DNA from: Chloroflexota bacterium
Lineage (GTDB): Bacteria > Chloroflexota > Dehalococcoidia > Dehalococcoidales > JBDRCY01
Direction of reading: 5' to 3'
DNA: 64,000 nt
Assembly: GCA_043821265.1 (NCBI GenBank)
Contig: JBDRCY010000001.1
Coordinates: 2,497-66,496 of the forward strand
Part shown: piece by piece, positions 18,823 through 28,358 of the stretch
Position numbering within the stretch: position 1 is the first letter of the stretch
How the letters are laid out: every line of letters begins with the position of its first letter
Notes under the pieces: model-generated
The model's database searches: none
Seen by the model: the letters and a program-made list of their open reading frames with translations, nothing else
What the model was told of the DNA's origin: nothing
Program-made: the position numbers and the translations under genes

Positions 18823-20016
18823 TTAAATCGTCCCTTCGTTCTGTAATTTAGCCAGTTTTTCCGCCCCGTAGCCCAGAAGCTCGGTATAGACCTCGGTGTT
18901 ATCCTGTCCGAGGAAGGGTGCCGGTTGGGTAGCGTCTCCCGGGGTCTGGCTCATCTTGAATAACGAGCCGGGCACTGTGAGTTTACCGCTTATCAACTGC
19001 TCGATATCCACCAGCATTTGGCGGCTGGCCAGCTGGGGGTCATGGGCTACCTGGCTGAAGGAGGGGACGGGGGCGCAGGGCAGGTCGGCGGCATTAAGCT
19101 GGCTTAGCATCTCGTCCACTGTCCTCTTCCTGGTCCAGTCCTCTACTAGGCCGTCTATTTCGCGCACATGTTTGATGCGCTCAAACTGGCTGGCGTATTC
19201 CGGCACATTCTTCAGTTCTTCCCGGCCGATGACCTCCAGAAAGCGCTGCCACTGGCTTACCGTAACAATGGCAATAACGATGTAGCCATCCTTGGCGGGG
19301 TAGATATTGAAGGGGGTGACCTCGATATTGCGGTTACCCAGCTTCTTCGGTTCCTTGCCGGCGAGGAGGAAGCTGGGCAGGAACTGGATGGCGCTTATGA
19401 GCCAGATGCAGTCCTGCATGGATATATCGACGAACTGGCCCTCCTTGGTACTAGCGCGGTGTTGCAGGGCGGCCAGGATGGCGGTGGTGGCGAATAGGCC
19501 ACCCAGGAAGTCGGCGATGGCCGGTCCCACCTTAGAGGGATGGCCGCCGGGGGGGCCATTGACGCTGAGCAGGCCGCCCATGGCCTGGATGATGGTATCG
19601 AAGGCGGCCCGGGCGCAGTAGGGGCCGGTATAGCCAAAGCCGGATATAGCGGTATAGATGAGGCTGGGGTTATCAACCTTGATCCGCTCGTAGCCCAGCT
19701 TGAAACGTTCCATTATCCCGGGGGTAAAGTTCTCCAGCAGAATGTCACACTTGGAGATTAACTTCTGGGCGATGCGCTGCCCGGCTTCGGAGCGCAGGTT
19801 AAGCGTGATGCTTTTCTTGCCGCGATTCAGCGTGACGAAGATGTAGCTCTCCAGGCCCTCGGTCTGCGGGGCCAGGCCCCTCACCGCATCGCCGGATTCG
19901 GGGAATTCTACCTTAATCACCTCGGCGCCCAGTTCGGCCAGAAGCATGCTGCAGAAGGGCCCGGCGTACATCCGGGTAAAGTCCACTACCCTGATACCGG
20001 CTAATGCCTTGGCCAT
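18823..20016 (-). CDS. Family III CoA-transferase (CaiB/BaiF family)
   Basis: 397 aa. Starts ...LAGIRVVDFTRMYAGPFCSMLLAELGAEVIKVE.... Confidence 0.85.
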   Translation of the reverse strand: MAKALAGIRVVDFTRMYAGPFCSMLLAELGAEVIKVEFPESGDAVRGLAPQTEGLESYIFVTLNRGKKSITLNLRSEAGQRIAQKLISKCDILLENFTPGIMERFKLGYERIKVDNPSLIYTAISGFGYTGPYCARAAFDTIIQAMGGLLSVNGPPGGHPSKVGPAIADFLGGLFATTAILAALQHRASTKEGQFVDISMQDCIWLISAIQFLPSFLLAGKEPKKLGNRNIEVTPFNIYPAKDGYIVIAIVTVSQWQRFLEVIGREELKNVPEYASQFERIKHVREIDGLVEDWTRKRTVDEMLSQLNAADLPCAPVPSFSQVAHDPQLASRQMLVDIEQLISGKLTVPGSLFKMSQTPGDATQPAPFLGQDNTEVYTELLGYGAEKLAKLQNEGTI

Positions 20017-20152
20017 GAGCTACCTCCTCGCGGGTTTAACTGGTTAGTAGATTCTAGCCGATAAGGGGTATAGCTGGCAAGGATGGTGGCCTGGTGACGG
20101 ATGGGTATATAATAGGCTTAAGGTGGATAATGATACTCAAGGGGAGGGTGTC

Positions 20153-20428
20153 ATGGACAGAAAAGAATATCGCGAGCTTTTTCTCTTCGCGGCCAAGTCG
20201 GGTTCTCTGGAGGGGTATTTATTTGAGCGGAGTGAAGTGGAGCCGCTGGTTGGCTGGGTGGACAATATCGACAGGATGTACCGGGACCTGTCACCGGCGG
20301 CCAGGCAGGAAATAGCCCCGGTCCTGGCGCCGGTGCTCGAGAAAATCCTGGAGTATGGGGAGCGCTCGCTTGAGCCGGGACTCAAGGGGAAGGTAAAGGG
20401 TATACTCTCGGCTTCCGCAACGGGCTAA
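20153..20428 (+). CDS. Hypothetical protein
   Basis: GGGAGGG lies 5 nt upstream of the ATG at 20153 (MDRKEYRELF...). No recognisable family. Confidence 0.4.
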   Translation: MDRKEYRELFLFAAKSGSLEGYLFERSEVEPLVGWVDNIDRMYRDLSPAARQEIAPVLAPVLEKILEYGERSLEPGLKGKVKGILSASATG

Positions 20429-20436
20429 TTGGTTAT

Positions 20437-20934
20437 GTGACTAACGAGACTATATTAGCAGGGTTGAAGTCCCTGGTAGGGCATGAGACGCAGTTCTGCG
20501 ATGGCCAGCCCATAGAAGAGGGCATGATAGCTCGCTTCGCCCGTTCGGTAGGGGATGATAACCCCCTTTATCATGACCGCAGGCTGGCCCAGGAGAGTCC
20601 TTATCACGGGGTGATAGCGCCGCTTACATTTGTCTTTGAGTGGAACCACCACGAGGCGCTGAACGTGGATGAGGGTGGGGCCTCTATCGCTGGCATACCC
20701 CTGCCCGGGCGCCTGCTCCGGGGCAGTAACGAGTATGAGTTCTTCCAGTCGCTCCGTCCCGGTGATATTATTACTACCAGTTCCAGGATTGGCGACGTGT
20801 ATCAGAAGAAGGGCGCCTCGGGCGCCCTGGTATTTATTGTTTGCCAGTCGCGCTATACCAATCAACAGGGTGAGCTGCTCGGTATCCAGAGAGCGACCTA
20901 TATACTCTGCCCTGACTTGGAGGTCGGCCAGTAG
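20437..20934 (+). CDS. MaoC-like dehydratase, N-terminal (FAS1-like/HadA-like) hot-dog subunit
   Basis: 165 aa. ...RFARSVGDDNPLYHD... Immediately followed by a second hot-dog subunit. Confidence 0.7.
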   Translation: MTNETILAGLKSLVGHETQFCDGQPIEEGMIARFARSVGDDNPLYHDRRLAQESPYHGVIAPLTFVFEWNHHEALNVDEGGASIAGIPLPGRLLRGSNEYEFFQSLRPGDIITTSSRIGDVYQKKGASGALVFIVCQSRYTNQQGELLGIQRATYILCPDLEVGQ

Positions 20935-20935
20935 A

Positions 20936-21358
20936 ATGAGTAAAGGGCCGGAGTTCGGGGGAGATATCAGGGTGGGTAGTGAAATTCCGCTCTTGCTTAA
21001 GCGGATAAGCCGGCGGCAGCTGGCCAGCTATGCGGCCAGCACCCGGGACCCCTACCCTGTCCACTACGACCGGGACTTTGCCCGCGCTCAGGGGTTCGAG
21101 GATATCTGTATGGACGGCCCCATGGGCGCTGCCTTTATGGCGGAGCTTGTCATCCGCTGGACCGGCCGCCAGGAGCCTTTAAGGAAATTGAGTATTACCT
21201 ACCGTGCCTTGGTCTATCCCGGCGACGAGCTTTCCGGTAGCGGCCGGGTGATGCAGGTGCACCTTCAGGACGGTGTGAGATTTATCGAGTGTGATATCAG
21301 GCTGCAGAACCAGCATGGTAAGACGGTGGCTACGGGTAAGGCCACCGTTGTCCTCTAG
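20936..21358 (+). CDS. MaoC family (R)-specific enoyl-CoA hydratase-like hot-dog subunit
   Basis: ATG 20936 gives MSKGPEF...YAASTRDPYPVHYDRDFARAQGF.... The upstream part of listed ORF 20669.. overlaps the preceding gene and is not coding. Confidence 0.8.
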   Translation: MSKGPEFGGDIRVGSEIPLLLKRISRRQLASYAASTRDPYPVHYDRDFARAQGFEDICMDGPMGAAFMAELVIRWTGRQEPLRKLSITYRALVYPGDELSGSGRVMQVHLQDGVRFIECDIRLQNQHGKTVATGKATVVL

Positions 21359-21374
21359 GGGGAGAGGCCTGCTA

Positions 21375-21854
21375 TCAGCCGACCCAGGATGATTGTTTTT
21401 TCCGGGCGGCCTTATTGATGGCCCTTGCCCATCCCATTGTGGGGAACTCGCTCATCATCAGGCGTTTCATGATCGGCGGCTGGAACATAAAGCTTGTGTC
21501 CTTTATCTTCCGGCCGCGGCCCTGGTGGAAGACGCGGAGGCAGAATGCCAGCGGCAAATAGGAGCGTAGTCCCATCTTGGCCGAGATTACCTTTTCCAGT
21601 GGTATCTGGAAATTCTTCTTGTGCAGGGTGAGGGCGAAATCGATCAGCTCGCTGGCGGTGGCTTCCTGGGCCATCCTCTGGGCCTCTTCGAACGCCTCGT
21701 CGGAGAGGGGAGCCCGCGTTAGGAAAACGAGGCGTTCGCTGGTCAGAACCAGGTTACCAATAGCGTCGAGATAGTTTCCTATCAGCTGGTAGGTGGAATT
21801 GGGATATTCCTTTATGACCTGTTCGCTACCAAAGCTCTGTTGCTCTTTTTTCAT
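21375..21854 (-). CDS. Hypothetical protein (possible PH/GRAM-like fold)
   Basis: 159 aa. ...GNLVLTSERLVFL... No confident family. Confidence 0.45.
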   Translation of the reverse strand: MKKEQQSFGSEQVIKEYPNSTYQLIGNYLDAIGNLVLTSERLVFLTRAPLSDEAFEEAQRMAQEATASELIDFALTLHKKNFQIPLEKVISAKMGLRSYLPLAFCLRVFHQGRGRKIKDTSFMFQPPIMKRLMMSEFPTMGWARAINKAARKKQSSWVG

Positions 21855-22003
21855 CGTGTCATTGGAATAATAGCACAGAAACCGCTAGAAGTTAAAGTGC
21901 CGGTATTTTTGGGGTTGGGTAGGCCGGGGTCCAGGTTGATAAAATGCTGAGTATTCATTAGTATAGATAGCAGTATTCTGAAGGATTCTTGAGCCAAGAG
22001 TAG

Positions 22004-22471
22004 TTGATGGTATTACGAGAAATCATAGCCAATGAAGTGCTGGTAATCACCCTTTGCTCCTGGGCGATAACACAGGTTATCAAGGTATTCGTTGTCCTCA
22101 TACGGGAAAGACGCTTTGATGCGCGCTATTTTGTAAGGAGCGGTGGTATGCCCAGTGCTCATTCGGCAGTGGTAGCGGCACTGTCTACCGGAATAGCGAT
22201 GACCCAGGGCCTGGGTTCAGCCGCCTTTAGTGTGGCCGCCATCATGGCCCTGATAGTTATGTACGATGCCGCCGGCGTACGGCGTTCGGTGAGCCGCCAG
22301 TCGGTTATCCTGGACCGTATGCTAAAGGAAATTCGGCTCGGGGGCCCCCGGGACAAAGTGGAGCGTGACCTGAGACAGTTTATCGGCCACACGCCCTTTC
22401 AGGTTATTATCGGTGCGGTGCTAGGCGTTCTGGTCGCCTGGCTCTGGCTCACCTTAAGTAATGGCCTGTAG
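22004..22471 (+). CDS. Divergent PAP2 family membrane protein (DUF212-like)
   Basis: 155 aa. Contains ...GGMPSAHSAVVAAL... and ...GHTPFQVIIGAVLG.... Confidence 0.8.
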   Translation: MMVLREIIANEVLVITLCSWAITQVIKVFVVLIRERRFDARYFVRSGGMPSAHSAVVAALSTGIAMTQGLGSAAFSVAAIMALIVMYDAAGVRRSVSRQSVILDRMLKEIRLGGPRDKVERDLRQFIGHTPFQVIIGAVLGVLVAWLWLTLSNGL

Positions 22472-22502
22472 AGTTAGCCGCTTCTAGGAGGTAGCAAGCG
22501 AG

Positions 22503-23174
22503 ATGCGTTCTGCCAGGGGAGAGGCTCTCTTTGACGACCGGCGTGATGCGGGTAGAAAGCTGACTGATGAGCTGGTGGAATACCTGGACCAGCCGGTGGT
22601 GGTGCTGGGCATCCCCAACGGGGGGGTGACGATAGCGCTGGAGGTAGCCCGTCTGCTCAAGGCCGACTTTGAGTTTGTTATTTCCCGTAAGATTCCCCTG
22701 CCGTTTAATACCGAGGCTGGTTTAGGCTCGATTACCGATGACGGCACCATGATAATTAACGAGGAAGTGGTGGCTAAGATGGGCCTGACCCAGCAGCAGA
22801 TACATGACCAGGCCAGTGAGGTGAGAACGGCTATTCGCCAGCGTACCCTGCTCTATCGGGGCGACCGGCCGCTTATCAGCGTGGTGGGCAAGACGGCGAT
22901 TATCATAGATGACGGCCTGGCTACGGGTTACACTATGATGGCTGCGGTGCAGTCGGTGCGGCGGCGGCGGCCCAAGGAGGTAATAGCGGCGGTGCCGGTG
23001 GCATCGGCGGCTGCCGCGAAGCTGGTGGAGGAGAAGGCCGATAGGGTGGTGACCTGTTTTACCGGCTCCTCGCCCGAATTCTATCTCTCCGATTTCTACC
23101 GGCAGTGGTATGAAATCAGCGATGACGAGGTGGTGCGCTCTATCCGGGAATGGCGCCGCGAGCGCTATTACTAG
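22503..23174 (+). CDS. Phosphoribosyltransferase family protein
   Basis: 223 aa. ...FDDRRDAGRKL...VLGIPNGGV... and the PRPP loop IIIDDGLATGYT. Confidence 0.8.
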   Translation: MRSARGEALFDDRRDAGRKLTDELVEYLDQPVVVLGIPNGGVTIALEVARLLKADFEFVISRKIPLPFNTEAGLGSITDDGTMIINEEVVAKMGLTQQQIHDQASEVRTAIRQRTLLYRGDRPLISVVGKTAIIIDDGLATGYTMMAAVQSVRRRRPKEVIAAVPVASAAAAKLVEEKADRVVTCFTGSSPEFYLSDFYRQWYEISDDEVVRSIREWRRERYY

Positions 23175-23188
23175 GCTGCTGGCGGTAC

Positions 23189-24511
23189 CTAGATTATGCC
23201 CTCGTCCTGTAATTTCTGAAGTTCTTCGGTGTTTAGACCCAGGAGTCCGCCGTATACTTTCTGGTTATGCTCTCCCACGGTCGGTGCCGGTGTCTTAATA
23301 CGGCCCGGTGTCGCCGAGAGCTTGACCGGAATGCCAATCAGCGGAATCTTTCCTGTCCCGGGGTGCTCCAGCTCCACTATCATCTCCCGGGCCTTGATCT
23401 GGGGGTCTTCGGCGGCCTGGGGGATGGTATTTACCGGCCCGCAGGGCACAAAGGCGTCGTTTAATATCTTTACCACCTCAGCCACCGTCTTATCGGCGGC
23501 CCACTGGTTCACCCGCTCGGTAAAATAGCGGCGGTTCTCTTCTTTGGCTCGTTTCCACTCGGTGTCGAACCGGGGGTTATCATCCAGGTCTTCCCAGCCC
23601 ACCGTCTTTAGGAATCTCTTCCACATCTTATTACCGACCACGCCGAAGAAGAAGTAGCCGTCCTTGGCCTGGTAGGCGTCATAGGGGGCACAGAGTATGT
23701 TGGAGTTACCCGCCTGGGGGCGTATCTGGTTACAGATCGCATGTTCGGCGTAGGTGCTCTCCATAAAGGATACAGCGGCATCCAGGAGGGAGATATCGAC
23801 CAGCTGGCCCTCGCCGGTGCGCTGGCGGTGGAAGAGGGCGAAGGTGGCGCCCAGCGCCCCGTAAACGCCGCCGGCGGTATCGATGAAGGCCACGTTCAAC
23901 TTGACCGGGGGGCTGCCGGGAAAGCCGGTGACATACATCAGGCCGCACATTGCCTGGGCGATGGAGTCGTAGCCCAGCCGCTGGGCATAGGGGCCGTCCT
24001 GGCCGTAGGCCGATACGGCTACCACGATAATATCATCTTTTATCGCCTTTAGGGCCGCGTAGTTCAGGCCCAGTTTCTTGTTTACCACCGGGCCGAAGTT
24101 CTCGACGACGATGTCGCTCTTCTCTACCAGCTTCTTCAGGAGTTCCTGCCCCCTGGCCTCTCTCAGGTTAAGGGTGATGGCCTTCTTGTTACGGCAGGTG
24201 AACTGCAGGTACAGTCGTTGGTTATCAGGGGTGAACAGTCCCAGCTGTCTATCCTCTTCTCCCCCTATCCGCTCGATGCGGATGACCTCGGCCCCCATGT
24301 CACCCAGAATCTGGGCGCAGGTGGGGCCAGCCTTATAGGTGGAGCAATCCAGAACCCTGATTCCCGCTAGAGCCTCTTTCAATCTGGTGCCTCCTGTCGC
24401 TAGTAATTTTGCCAGAGGGTAGGACGAGGGGGTGTCATACATCTCGTCTGCCTCTGACACGGTGGCGGTGCCGCCTCTATAAGGATACATCCTGATTCGG
24501 AGGTTCGTCAA
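23189..24511 (-). CDS. Family III CoA-transferase (CaiB/BaiF family)
   Basis: Contains ...LAGIRVLDCSTYKAGPTCAQILGDMGAEVIRIE.... The start is uncertain: TTG 24511, ATG 24490 or ATG 24442. About 45 aa lie ahead of the usual N-terminus. Confidence 0.85.
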   Translation of the reverse strand: MTNLRIRMYPYRGGTATVSEADEMYDTPSSYPLAKLLATGGTRLKEALAGIRVLDCSTYKAGPTCAQILGDMGAEVIRIERIGGEEDRQLGLFTPDNQRLYLQFTCRNKKAITLNLREARGQELLKKLVEKSDIVVENFGPVVNKKLGLNYAALKAIKDDIIVVAVSAYGQDGPYAQRLGYDSIAQAMCGLMYVTGFPGSPPVKLNVAFIDTAGGVYGALGATFALFHRQRTGEGQLVDISLLDAAVSFMESTYAEHAICNQIRPQAGNSNILCAPYDAYQAKDGYFFFGVVGNKMWKRFLKTVGWEDLDDNPRFDTEWKRAKEENRRYFTERVNQWAADKTVAEVVKILNDAFVPCGPVNTIPQAAEDPQIKAREMIVELEHPGTGKIPLIGIPVKLSATPGRIKTPAPTVGEHNQKVYGGLLGLNTEELQKLQDEGII

Positions 24512-24540
24512 ATACCGGCCGGTGGTGGTACGAGGGTGGC

Positions 24541-24549
24541 TGATGATAT
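24541..24549 (+). promoter_or_regulatory. Extended -10 promoter element (TGaTATAAT) upstream of the XDH-family gene
   Basis: tgatataat matches TGnTATAAT, about 40 nt upstream of the ATG at 24590. GAGG-type RBS at 24578-24581. Confidence 0.45.
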
Positions 24550-24589
24550 AATAGCTGTTAGAACACTCCCCGTAATTTGAGGTAAAGAG

Positions 24590-26890
24590 ATGTACGATGA
24601 CATGGTCATAGTCGGCAAGGGTATCCCCTTAAGGGAGAGCTATACCAAGGTTACCGGCATGGAGAAATTTACCCCCGATTACACCCCGCCCGGCGCCTTG
24701 TGGATGAAGATACTGCGCAGCCCCTATCCCCATGCCCGGATTAAGAGTATTGATGCCGCTAAGGCTCTGGCCCTGCCGGGGGTAGTAGCCGTGCTGACCC
24801 ATGAGGATGTGCCCGAGAAGGAGATATTTACCACCTGGCGGGGTAGGGTCCTCGATAGCCGGGTGCGCTATGTGGGCGATGAACTGGCGGCGGTGGCTGC
24901 CGATACTGAGGAGGCTGCCGAGCGGGCGCTCGGCCTGATAGCGGTGGAATACGAGCAACTGGCGGCGGTCTTTGACCGGGCGGAGGCGCTGAAGCCGGAT
25001 GCCCCCGATGTGAGAGGGGTGGGTAATAATAAGGTGGTCTGCCCGCCCGAGTTCGGCGCAGTGCCCTCGCTGCACCAGTGGGGAGATTTAGAGAAGGGAT
25101 TCGCCCAGGCTGATGCCTCCGTAAGTCGTGAGATAAGGACGCAGCGGGTGTACGGCACCTTCTGTACCGGGGCCTGCATTGCCCAGTGGGAGGGAGATAA
25201 GGTAACCATCGTGTTGACCCACCAGGCCCCCTATAACGTGCGCCGTGCCACCTCGGCTGTCCTGGGTGTGCCGGAGCACAAGGTGAGGATAATTGCGCCG
25301 CTGGTGGCCTCCACCAACGGTACGTTTAACGCCGACCAGCGGTTCTGGAATATCGCTGCGCTGCTGTCGAAGAAAGCCGGTGGACGGCGGGTAATCTATA
25401 AGATGACCATCGAGGAACTGGGCCTGTTTAAGTGCCGGGACAACTCCACCATCTGGGTGAAGGTAGCGGGCCGCAAAGACGGGAACATAACCGCCCTGGA
25501 CTATGAGCAGCTCCACGATAACGGGGCCTATGGCTATAAGTGCACCACCTTGCAGTCGCTCCATGATATACTGCGCCATGCCGGTGTGAAATACCATGTC
25601 TACGGGGCCAATACCAATACCTTTACCACCGGCTCCATCAGGGGTGTGGGTGAGGTTACTCAGGCGCTGGCGATGAACCAGGCGGTGGACGAGCTGCTGG
25701 AGGAGCTGGGGCTGGACCCGCTCACTGTCTGGAAGCAGAATCACTATCGTGCCGGAGACCCCATTCCCGCCGGGGGACTGCCCGGTATTACCCTGAGCAG
25801 CGAGGCCTACGATGAGTTGATAGATAAGGGGGCTGTGGCCATTGGCTGGAGCGAGAAGTGGCGGGGGTGGGGTAAGCCCTACCATGTCACCGGCCCCAGG
25901 AGGCGAGGGGTGGGCATGGCTATCGGCCAGCACGGCAGTGCTGCCTCTCCCCGGTTTCCCACCTCGGCTACGGTGCAGGTAAACCACGATGGCACCGTGC
26001 TGATACTGGCCGGGGCTATGGATCAGGGCACCGGCTGTAAGACCACCCTGGCCCAGGTCTGCGCTGAGACGATGGGGCTGAAGATTGAGGATGTCTATGT
26101 GGTGAAGACAGTCGATACCGAGGTGGTTCACTATTCGGTGGCCAGCGGAGGCTCCAAGACACTGCCCGTGGGCGGCGCGGCGGTTATGGTAGCTGCACGG
26201 GATGCCCGCCGGCAGATACTGGAAATGGCGGCTACCGCTCCCTGGAGGCCGGATATTCTGAAGGAGGGAGCAAGCGGGCCGGACGGCCTGGATATAAAGG
26301 ATAGCCTGATTTATGTTAAAGCTGACCCGGACAAATGCGCTGCGGTCAAAGAGGTAGTTAGCTCGGTGCTGGCCCCCATCGTTATCGGCAAGGCGCATCG
26401 ACACAGCTTGGCCATTTCCGGCCCCACCGCTTGTATACCGGTGCTGGGCTTCGCTGATGTGGAGGTGGATACCGAGACCGGACGGGTAACGGTGCTCAAG
26501 ATAGTAGCCGGCCAGGATTCCGGCCGCATCGTAAACCCGCAGGTATGCGAAAACCAGGTGCTGGGTGGGGCGCTGATGAGTATAGGCTATGGCCTGATGG
26601 AGGAGGTAGTCCTGGACCCGGCGACGGGTAGGGTCTTAAACCCCGCCCTCACCGATTATCGTATGCCAACTGCTATGGATATGCCGCCGATGGTGGCCAT
26701 ATTCGCCGATAACATAGACCCCACTGGCCCCTTCGGTGCCAAGGGCATAGGCGAGGCCTCCAATATCAGTCAACATGCCGCCATAGCCAGCGCCATCTAT
26801 AGTGCCGCCGGCATCAGGATAGACGAGGTGCCCATGACGCCGGAGAAGGTTTTAAGCGCCCTGCGGACTTTACATAATCAGAGAGGGTAG
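24590..26890 (+). CDS. Xanthine dehydrogenase / aldehyde oxidase / CO-dehydrogenase family molybdopterin-binding large subunit
   Basis: 766 aa. N-terminal a/b-hammerhead region ...VGKGIPLRESYTKVTGMEKFTPDY... and the C-terminal ...GAKGIGEAS... motif. Confidence 0.85.
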   Translation: MYDDMVIVGKGIPLRESYTKVTGMEKFTPDYTPPGALWMKILRSPYPHARIKSIDAAKALALPGVVAVLTHEDVPEKEIFTTWRGRVLDSRVRYVGDELAAVAADTEEAAERALGLIAVEYEQLAAVFDRAEALKPDAPDVRGVGNNKVVCPPEFGAVPSLHQWGDLEKGFAQADASVSREIRTQRVYGTFCTGACIAQWEGDKVTIVLTHQAPYNVRRATSAVLGVPEHKVRIIAPLVASTNGTFNADQRFWNIAALLSKKAGGRRVIYKMTIEELGLFKCRDNSTIWVKVAGRKDGNITALDYEQLHDNGAYGYKCTTLQSLHDILRHAGVKYHVYGANTNTFTTGSIRGVGEVTQALAMNQAVDELLEELGLDPLTVWKQNHYRAGDPIPAGGLPGITLSSEAYDELIDKGAVAIGWSEKWRGWGKPYHVTGPRRRGVGMAIGQHGSAASPRFPTSATVQVNHDGTVLILAGAMDQGTGCKTTLAQVCAETMGLKIEDVYVVKTVDTEVVHYSVASGGSKTLPVGGAAVMVAARDARRQILEMAATAPWRPDILKEGASGPDGLDIKDSLIYVKADPDKCAAVKEVVSSVLAPIVIGKAHRHSLAISGPTACIPVLGFADVEVDTETGRVTVLKIVAGQDSGRIVNPQVCENQVLGGALMSIGYGLMEEVVLDPATGRVLNPALTDYRMPTAMDMPPMVAIFADNIDPTGPFGAKGIGEASNISQHAAIASAIYSAAGIRIDEVPMTPEKVLSALRTLHNQRG

Positions 26891-27561
26891 CTCGCACACA
26901 GCCTTTTCAGGACGCAATCTGGACAGCGGGGGCGCAGCGGGTGGCAGGTCCGGCGGCCATGGGCTATCAGCAGGGTGTGGAAAAGGTAGGCGGACTCCGG
27001 TGGTACGGCAGCCCCCAGTAGGCGATGGGCCTCCTCGGTGGAGGCCTGGGGGCTGATTAGTCCCAGTCGCTTGGCTACCCGCCAGATGTGGGTATCCACC
27101 GGGAGAACCGCTATATCCAGGGCAAAGAGCAGTACGCAGCGTGCCGTTTTCCGCCCTACCCCCGGTAGCTTTACAAGCCACTCCTCGGCCTCCGACGGGG
27201 TAAGTTGACTCAAGAAATCCAGCTCCAGCCGGCCGCGCTTACCGATGATTTCCTTAAGCACTGCTTTTATGCGCGGTGCCTTTATCCGGGCCAGCCCGCC
27301 GCGGCGGATGCATTCTTCAATGAGGCTCGCATCGGCATTGGCCGCGTCATCCCAGGTGGCGAAGGTTGACTTGAGTCTCTTGAAGGCAGCCGACGAATTG
27401 GCATCCGAGGTATTCTGGGATAGGATGGTCTCTACCAGCACGGAGACCGGGTCGCCGCTCGGGTTTCCCCCGGGGCTGCCGTATTCCGGCTCCAGGCGGG
27501 CCAGTATTTGACCGATTAATCTCTTATCCGGCCCGGCGGCTTTTGCTTTTTCCGGCTTCAT
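26878..27561 (-). CDS. Endonuclease III-like HhH-GPD DNA glycosylase
   Basis: 227 aa. HhH region ...LPGVGRKTARCVLLFAL...PVDTH... and the C-terminal FeS loop CHPLRPRCPDCVLKRLC. Confidence 0.8.
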   Translation of the reverse strand: MKPEKAKAAGPDKRLIGQILARLEPEYGSPGGNPSGDPVSVLVETILSQNTSDANSSAAFKRLKSTFATWDDAANADASLIEECIRRGGLARIKAPRIKAVLKEIIGKRGRLELDFLSQLTPSEAEEWLVKLPGVGRKTARCVLLFALDIAVLPVDTHIWRVAKRLGLISPQASTEEAHRLLGAAVPPESAYLFHTLLIAHGRRTCHPLRPRCPDCVLKRLCASYPL

Positions 27562-27798
27562 GCTCTTTTATATCTTGCCCCTTAGCGTTTGGCTGGAGTG
27601 GTGAGGTTCTATTATAACCGGTTTCCCCTAAAAGCGGTATGACAGGGCCAGTCAGGGTGTCCGGCTATCGGCGGATGAGTATGTGGCTAGAGTGGCAGCA
27701 GTGTTGCCGGGGCTGCTAGGGGCATATTCGGCTTTGCAGCATTGATTTGAGGCTGGGGGGCTATGTGGTTGGCTTCTCAGGGTTGGGGGGTTAGTGCT

Positions 27799-28209
27799 CT
27801 AGGCCTCGATATGGTCAGACTCGCGTGCATAGCCATTATCTCGGGTGAGCTTATAACGGCGTAGCATATTCTTGACTCGGGCTACCAGTTCCAGGGAGCT
27901 GAAGGGCCGTACCAGATAGAAATCAGCCCCGGCGGCCACTGCACTGGTCCAGGCCTCACCACTGGAGTCTGTGCCCAGCATCATGATGAGGGCGTTGGAC
28001 CTCTGGCGAAGCTGGCGGCAGGCCTGGTCATTATCCACCAGCAGCCCATCTCCCAGGATGACCAGCTCCGGCTCGGCCTCGTCCAGCTTGAGTAACGCCT
28101 CCTCGCAGTTCAGGGCGGTAGTTAACCGGAAGCCCTCCCTGGCCAGATTAACGGCCATGCGGTCTCTCAAGCCCTTATTGTTCTCTTCGATTATCAGAAT
28201 GCTGTCCAT
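27799..28209 (-). CDS. Stand-alone receiver (REC) domain protein, atypical
   Basis: 136 aa. Has ILIIEEN (instead of the DD pair), ...LVILGDGL... and YLVRPF (Arg where the conserved Lys of YLxKPF sits). Confidence 0.7.
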   Translation of the reverse strand: MDSILIIEENNKGLRDRMAVNLAREGFRLTTALNCEEALLKLDEAEPELVILGDGLLVDNDQACRQLRQRSNALIMMLGTDSSGEAWTSAVAAGADFYLVRPFSSLELVARVKNMLRRYKLTRDNGYARESDHIEA

Positions 28210-28358
28210 AACTTATACCCGACATGATGAATTATAGAGTGCGCTTTTAACTTATAGTTATATTGTATGCTGGCGGGACTGAATTACTCATAAAAAGGGT
28301 ATTAAAATTGTGTTAAAATATTGACGATTCGGCCATAGCTAGCGGGGTTTTGTGATTA

